Of a DNA stretch of 64,000 nucleotides, positions 56,832 through 64,000 are shown piece by piece. This stretch comes from Octopus vulgaris (Eukaryota), in assembly GCA_951406725.2 (NCBI GenBank), contig OX597835.1, positions 9,982,001 to 10,046,000 on the forward strand. Reading direction: 5' to 3'. The first letter of the stretch is position 1. Each line of letters starts with the position of its first letter. The position numbers and the translations under genes are program-made. The notes below the pieces were generated by a model. It saw nothing but the letters and a program-made list of their open reading frames with translations. It searched no databases and had not been told where the DNA came from.

Positions 56832-56978
56832 CGTCACTTAGCGGTTCGGCAAAAGTGATCGATAAAATAAGTACTGGGCTTACAAAGAATAAGTCCCGGG
56901 GTCGATTTGATCGACTAAAGGCGGTGCTCCAGCATGACCGCAGTCAAATGACTGAAACAAGTAAAAGAGTAAAGAGAG
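56828..56978 (+). mobile_element. SINE family A 3' fragment
   Basis: ccccgtcacttagcggttcggcaaaag...gactgaaacaagtaaaagag. Confidence 0.85.
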
Positions 56979-57024
56979 TATATATATATATATTTGTTTA
57001 AAACTCGCCAAGAAAATTTTGAAA

Positions 57025-57087
57025 CCACCTGATGAATGTCTGCGACTCAAAAATTTGATGACAGAAGACAGGAAACGATCGTAGTGG
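57025..57087 (+). ncRNA. Type I hammerhead ribozyme motif with palindromic stem III
   Basis: ccac CTGATGA atgtct..agacag GAAA cgatcg TA gtgg; the downstream 120 bp is homologous to 45102-45235. Confidence 0.75.
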
Positions 57088-57215
57088 ATATTAATTATAT
57101 TTTTTAATAATTGTTACATATCTAAATAATATAAATTAATTTATGTATTGGCTTAAGTCTTTCATTGTTTGATTTGCCTAATAGTGGTTTTGTCTCTAAT
57201 TTAATATAATATATA

Positions 57216-57269
<54 letters not shown>

Positions 57270-57274
57270 CTAAT

Positions 57275-57495
57275 CATTAGTTTCAAATTTTGGTACAAGG
57301 CCAGCAATTTCGAGGGCGGGTGGAAGTCGATTACATCGACACCAGTTTTCAGTTGGTACTTGTTTGATGGACTACGAAAGGTTAAATAGTAAAGTCAATC
57401 TCGGTGGCATTTGAACTTAGAAGATAAAGATGGACGAAATACCGCTAAGCGCTTTTTGCCCGACGTGCTAACGATTCTACCAGGTCACCGCCGCC
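57275..57495 (-). mobile_element. SINE family C-related older subfamily
   Basis: Diverged family C body with alternative tail. Confidence 0.78.
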
Positions 57496-58556
57496 TCGGA
57501 TATAACCTAATTATTATAAGTTTACAGTTCATTCGTCTTGCTTTTTCCTCTTCAACTGCTTTACTAAAGATACTATCTAAAATGTAACCCAACTACTTCA
57601 AAACATATATTAGCTTCACTACTAATCACATTCAAACTCAATCCAATGAAAACAGTTTCTCTTTAAGGCACACTCCCAAGTAAGAAACTACATTTCCCTT
57701 CGCGTATATAAGGAACTTAAATAGCAATAGCATACCTTTATAAAGTTAATCAATACCATATAAATTCGGTGTGGTTAATGAAGACACTAAGCTTTAGTGT
57801 GTAACAGGAAGCATCGTGACTGATGTACTTCAGCAAAGTTTAAAATCTTTCTCTCGAAGTTTTCCAAATCAATATCTATTCCGAATGATTAATTTCTTGC
57901 AACGATAACCTAATCGAAATTTACGAACACTTCCATTTAGTATCTTAGGCCTAACATATTTTTATTTCATTCATGGATGCTTCCAACATTTTTCAGTTTG
58001 CCTGAAGCTGAGCGCGCTTTTATTTCATATATTTTTATATATCTTAATGTATTGGTACTTTATTTACCTTCTTCTTGATATACTTTAAATATTAATATTC
58101 TTTCGTCCAATTCTTTCACCTCATTCAATATTTCCACCTGCTTAGCTCAGGAATTTCCTGTTCAATAAAAAAAAAATATTTTGGTACTATTACTTTCGAA
58201 CAAGTTTATCTCCCATTTAATTCCATCTCTACCGTTTCCAGTCTTCATAATTAATTACCAATGAAAGTGTTTTTGATTAACATTTGCACACATGATATAT
58301 CACTATCATGTAATCATGCTTAATCGCTTAATTACTGAATTCTCGAATGCCATGTGCTGTACTTTTCTACACAGGTAGCTTCATTTATTTTGAGGCCTTA
58401 TATAATCCTTTTAAATTTTTATTTTTAGCATATATATATATATTTATAGGCGCAGGAGTGGCTGAGTGGTAAGTAGCGTTTCCGAGAAAAATCCAATCGG
58501 CGGGTGTTGGGTTTCGTCTCTCATTTATTCATGTACGTGCTATAAATATATATGTG

Positions 58557-58627
<71 letters not shown>

Positions 58628-58646
58628 GCATATATATATATATATA

Positions 58647-58990
58647 TTCTTTTACTCTTTTACTTGTTTCAGACATTTGACTGCGGCCATGCTGGAGCAC
58701 CGCCTTTAGTCGAGCAAATCGACCCCGGCACTTATTCTTTGTAAGCCCAGTACTTCTTCTATCGGTCTCTTTTGCCGAACCGCTAAGTGACGGGGACGTA
58801 AACACACCAGCATCGGTTGTCAAGCAATGCTAGGGGGACAAACACAGACACACAAACACACACATACATATATATATATATACATATATACGACAGGCTT
58901 CTTTCAGTTTCCGTCTACCAAATCCAGTCACAAGGCATTGGTCGGCCCGGGGCTATAGCAGAAGACACTTGCCCAAGATGCCACGCAGTG
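58647..58990 (-). mobile_element. SINE family A, 5'-truncated
   Basis: Aligns to 55951-56295. Confidence 0.9.
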
Positions 58991-58994
58991 ATAT

Positions 58995-59042
<48 letters not shown>

Positions 59043-59225
59043 GCAGTCTAATGACTGAAACTGGTAAAAGATAGAATGTGTGTATATATACATAGATCTC
59101 TAAAAATAAATATATGTATATACATGTATAAGTAGACAAAAATACATATATATGAATATATAAGGGTATATAAAACTACATATGCATATATACATACATA
59201 AAATACATATATAATATGCGTGTGA

Positions 59226-59256
<31 letters not shown>

Positions 59257-59297
59257 GAAGGGGGAGGGAAGAAGGGAGAGAAAGTGAGGAGGGAGTG

Positions 59298-60431
59298 AGA
59301 GTTGTCAGATGAATTCGTTCATTTTTCCTCCGTTTATTTTCATCCTTATTTTTCATCAACAATTTTGACAAGTCAGTCAATAATATATTCTCCTTCAGGT
59401 TTCATGATTTCTTGTCAATGTTCCACTTCCTTGCCAATGCCTTGATGTTTGAAACAACTGGGTTTCCACTCGATGACTTCATCAAGCCACGTTCTTCTTT
59501 CCTCGCTGTTGTTGAATGAATCGCCTCATAAATTGTTGGTTAGCAGCCAAGAAAGGTGATGACCTGAAGGCTCTAAGCCAAAAGAATACGGTGGGTGTGT
59601 TTGAACTTCCTAACCGAGCTCTTGAATGGTATTCTTGGTCAAATTAGCGATGTGGGTGTGCTTTGAGGAAGCACACCGCATCGCCAGTCGGGTCGTATGG
59701 ACACTACCTGTCGAGCCACGATATATATTTCTTTACTACCCACAAGGGGCTAAACACAGAGGTGACAAACAAGGACAGACATAGGTATTAAGTCGATTAC
59801 ATCGACCCCAGTGCGTAACTGGTACTTTATTTATCGACCCCGAAAGGATGAAAGGCAAAGTCGACCTCGGCGGAATTTGAACTCAGAACGTAACGGCAGA
59901 CGAAATACCACTAAGCATTTCGCCCGGCGCGCTAACGTTTCTGCCAGCTCGCCGCCTTGATATAATGAGAGATTATATCAAGACTCCCCTCTACTAGATT
60001 GGCGCGGATCCTCATGAAAGCACTCGTTTAATCGATCCTCTCTGAAGTGAACCGGGCAAACGGAACGCGGGTAATCTGCAAGTTGGAATTTGTCCTTTCG
60101 AAGCATGAAAGCCATTTCTAGACAGTTCTTTCGTTAATTGTGCATTTTCTGTACACAGTGCAAATATGTTAAGCAGTTTTTGGCAGCTATGGAATCTTGA
60201 TTTAAAGGTGAAGAGAAACAGAAGTCGAAAATGATAATATTTGTATATTTGCAATCCCTCATCATAATCCTGAACGCAGGTAAAATATATTCAAATTTCA
60301 AGAATTATCAGCAAAAGTTTTGGAGCAAGAATAGGACTAAACAAATAAATAAAGCACTAAAATAAAAATATATTTTTTGTTAATTCAAATAACATCTGAA
60401 AGAAACGAACTAATTTATCTGACAACCCAAT
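59298..60431 (-). mobile_element. Degenerate mariner transposon interrupted by a SINE
   Basis: TIRs gttgtcagatgaattcgttc / gaactaatttatctgacaaccc; minus peptides HFRLLFLF (N-terminus), HPPYS (catalytic region) and GEYIID* (C-terminus). Confidence 0.85.
59726..59958 (-). mobile_element. SINE family C, full-length monomer inside the mariner
   Basis: Complete copy; short TSD gatata. Confidence 0.93.
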
Positions 60432-60436
60432 GTGTG

Positions 60437-60488
<52 letters not shown>

Positions 60489-60491
60489 TGT

Positions 60492-60680
60492 GTACCTGTA
60501 TTTCAAAGGGCCGGCCTTGTCACTCTCTGTGTCACGCTGAATATAATCCCCGAGAACTACGTTAAGGGTACACGTGTCTGTGGAGTGCTCAGCCACTTAC
60601 ACGTTAATTTCACGAGCAGGCTGTTCCGTTGATTCGGATCAACCGGAACCCTCGTCGTCGTAACCGACGGAGTGCTTCCC
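60492..60680 (+). mobile_element. SINE family B 3' module only
   Basis: Starts at gtacctgtatttcaaaggg, between TG repeats. Confidence 0.88.
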
Positions 60681-62437
60681 TCCTTGTATGTGTGTGTGTG
60701 TGTGTGTGTGTAATGTGTATAAGAATGGGAAAATGAGGGTTCAACACGGTGAAGTTGGTCATACAGTTATCTTTAAAAGAATTTTGTTTAAATTTGGGGA
60801 AACCATCGTTGGTTGCTGAAGGAAATGAGAAATAAATCCGTCAGAATTATAATCAGGGATGTAACTTCATCATTTTAGTTGGGAAGAGTACAATCAGAGA
60901 TTTCGGCGAACATGATCAGTAAAACTAAAATTAATAATAACTGGCGCTGTTCAGGCCTTTCTTTGGCTTGGAACTCTAAAATTTATCGGTCTATCGACAT
61001 TTCTAGTTCTTATTTCTATCTGGGATTAGATGGTTTCTATTGGCCTGTGTCGATGCCATTAAAGCAACCGGTCTATGTCCGGATTCTGCTATAAAACTGT
61101 AGTAACACAACACCATCCACATCAAAGAGGTGATCAAACTGCTATAAATATCAGCCAAATCTCTGAATAATATTTACTATCTTTAAAATGGAACACACTC
61201 GATGTCCAGAAAAGCTACGATTGATCACAATTAGGATGTCTTTGATTATAGTTCCTATATTCCAGGTTTGACATAAGTCTAAATAAAAAGTTTAACAACA
61301 CCTGTGACCAGAAGAACTGTGACGTCATCATTGTATTAAAATTTTAATGAGATTTTGATGTCAATGAGTGCTTGATCCAGTTTATTGAAATTATGTTATC
61401 TGCGTTTTTATATGTGTAAAGCATTCAGTTAATTCTAAAAGTTATAAATCAGATACTCAAATACACCACGTGCGTGGATGTGTGTGTCTACCAGTTCTAA
61501 TATTTTAGTTTTAAAAAATCTTATCAAGTATTCTTTTTAATTAAAAGCATCTTATTATTGTAATTACGATCCTTTGCGTGCGTGTGTGTTATGCGTGTGC
61601 GTATGTGCGTGTGTGTGTGTGTGTACTAGTTCTAATATTTTAGTTAAAAAACCTCCTAGTCAAGCATTTTTTTTTGATAACTCAAAGCGTCTTGCCATTC
61701 TGGGTAGTCAGTTTTATTCTTTGTCAAAATGTCAGAGACTTTATCAGAAATTTGGATTTTTTTCCTTCTGTTCTAATCTCTTTTATAAGAATTCATTGTT
61801 GAGATATTTTTCTAATCTTGTTGCATGGCATAAAGATTAGGAAGTAAGTCTGAAAGTTCTTCAATTTAGTGAACTTGTGAAAATCAATTTTGCTGCTCAA
61901 GTTGGCAGAAAACAAGATTCGTTTGAACTACAGTTTTACTAACTACAAAGGAAGAAAAACAAAACATTTCCCCAACCCATAGCGTCTGGTTTTTCTAAGA
62001 GTTTGGAGATTTTGCTTTAGCTAATACCTAAATTCTGCGAGGGTGAAATATCACATTCAGATCTCAAATGAATAATTCAGAAGGATGCAACGAAGCCTAA
62101 CATACGCTTAATATGAACGTTTGTTCCAAATAGACAACTCCAGAATTATAAATCAGTCTATTCATGCTGAATGTCGAAAGTATTAACCTACAAAGATGGC
62201 GTTGTGTGTTAATATTTCTGCTGTACTCTTGTAGATTCTACATTTGTTATTGTAGGAAACAGTTAAGGAATTGATATCCATGTTTTACTACATCGCTACG
62301 AAAACACTCTTGAAAGCTACATTTATTCTGCAGCACTTCAGATTAATTAAATTCAACTCAAAGAAGTGCTACTTTATTTATTTATTCATTACGCTTCTTT
62401 ATTGTTATTATTATTATTATTATTATTGTTGTTGTTG

Positions 62438-62483
<46 letters not shown>

Positions 62484-62675
62484 TCTCAGCCTCATTTAGT
62501 ACTGTATTATAAATGTATTACTACAGTAAGGTAACAGACTAACTTGGAATCTCTCAGTTGAATTTAATTAATTTCAAGAGCTGCAGGGTAAATGAAGCGT
62601 TTAACTACTCTCTAGAGACTGATGATGATGATAATAATAATAATAATAATAAGAAGAAGAAGAAGAAGAAGAAGA

Positions 62676-62707
<32 letters not shown>

Positions 62708-62809
62708 AATAATAATAATTATAATAATATTGATAATAATAATAATATATACATATATATACATTCATATATATACATACATATATATGTGTGTAGATAT
62801 AGATACAAG

Positions 62810-62915
<106 letters not shown>

Positions 62916-62935
62916 TATATATATATGTGTATATA

Positions 62936-63163
62936 AAGGCGGCGAGCTGGCAGACACGTTAACGCGCCGGGCGAAATGCTTAGCGGTATTTCGTCTGTCG
63001 TTACGTTCTGAGTTCAAATTCCGCCGAGGTCGACTTTGCCTTTCATCCTTTCGGGGTCGATTAATTAAGTACCAGTTTCGCACTGGGGTCGATGTAATTG
63101 ACTTAATCCCTTTGTCTGTCCTTGTTTGTCCCCTTTATGTTTAGCCCCTTGTGGTCAGTAAAG

Positions 63164-63168
<5 letters not shown>
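62936..63168 (+). mobile_element. SINE family C, full-length monomer
   Basis: A-box-like gagctggcag, B box gttcaaattcc, Meta-like gcctttcatcctttcggggtcgat, end gtaaagaaata. Confidence 0.93.
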
Positions 63169-63217
<49 letters not shown>

Positions 63218-63220
<3 letters not shown>

Positions 63221-63606
63221 CGCAGGAGTGGCTGTGTGGTAAGTAGCTTACTAACCAACCACATGGTTCCGGGTTCAGTCCCACTGCGTGGCACCTTGGG
63301 CAAGTGTCTTCTGCTTTAGCCCCGGGCCTTGTGAGTGGATTTGGTAGACGGAAACTGAAAGAAGCCTGTCGTATATATATATATATGTGTGTATGTGTGT
63401 TTGTGTGTCTGTGTTTGTCCCTCTAGCATTGCTTGGCAACCGATGCTGGTGTGTTTCGTCCCCGTCACCTAGCGGTTCGTCAAAAGAAACCGATAGAATA
63501 AGTACTGGGCTTACAAAGAATAGGTCCCGGGGTCGATTTGCTCGACTAAAGGCGGTGCTCCAGCATGGCCGCAGTCAAATGACTGAAACAAGTAAAAGAG
63601 TAAAAG
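63218..63606 (+). mobile_element. SINE family A, full length
   Basis: A box tggctgtgtgg, B-box-like ggttcagtccc, CORE-like accttgggcaagtgtctt, internal TA/TG microsatellite. Confidence 0.93.
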
Positions 63607-63624
63607 TATATATATATATATATA

Positions 63625-63787
63625 TATAAAATATTATTAGAGACAAAACCACTATTTTGCAAAACAAACAAGGAAAGACTTAATCAATACATAAAATTTT
63701 AATAAATAATTAAAATTTTATGTATTGATTAAGTCTTTCCTTGTTTGTTTTGCAAAATAGTGGTTTTGTCTCTAATAATATTTTATA
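63625..63787. repeat. Near-perfect palindrome (~78 bp arms) made from PLE-type terminal sequence
   Basis: Arms are related to 57140-57205 and 45165-45235 (tatgtattg..ttaagtcttt..atagtggttttgtctctaat). Confidence 0.93.
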
Positions 63788-63866
63788 ATATTTTACTATA
63801 AAATTGGATTTAATCCTAAATCTGATTTTTTTCCCTGTAAATTTGGATTTATTCCCTAATATTTAT

Positions 63867-63918
<52 letters not shown>

Positions 63919-64000
63919 GTGGGAGGTGCGTGTGTGTAAATGTGTCTGTATCTGCTTCTGTATGTATTACACATGCGCATAGTTTAGTGGTCAGGGTGTT

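Noticed and set aside
61470-61700. Diverged ~135 bp tandem duplication (and a 34 bp duplication at 8461-8530)
   Set aside because: Ordinary local slippage or duplication with no further structure.

Overview
AT-rich, microsatellite-dense eukaryotic DNA, almost entirely intronic or intergenic. The repeat families look like those of an octopus (coleoid cephalopod); this is inferred from the tRNA-derived SINE types and repeat style, not from a search. No intact protein-coding gene is visible, and nearly all ORFs in the track are translated simple repeats. Real content: (1) at least four SINE families with swapped heads and tails; (2) a ~4.9 kb array of ~26 SINE-derived ~185 bp units (48868-53750); (3) fragments of Dong/R4, RTE, Tx1/L1 and several Penelope-like elements (PLEs); (4) at least eight minimal hammerhead-ribozyme motifs in PLE-type terminal repeats, plus long hairpin palindromes; (5) two copies of a non-autonomous Helitron, mariner remnants, abutting piggyBac-like and Kolobok-like MITEs, and a possible solo LTR; (6) one possible terminal exon on the minus strand near 29025. 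The most interesting signal is a SINE whose 3' end is complementary to an internal site, with multimers always joined at that site (one head plus n headless units).
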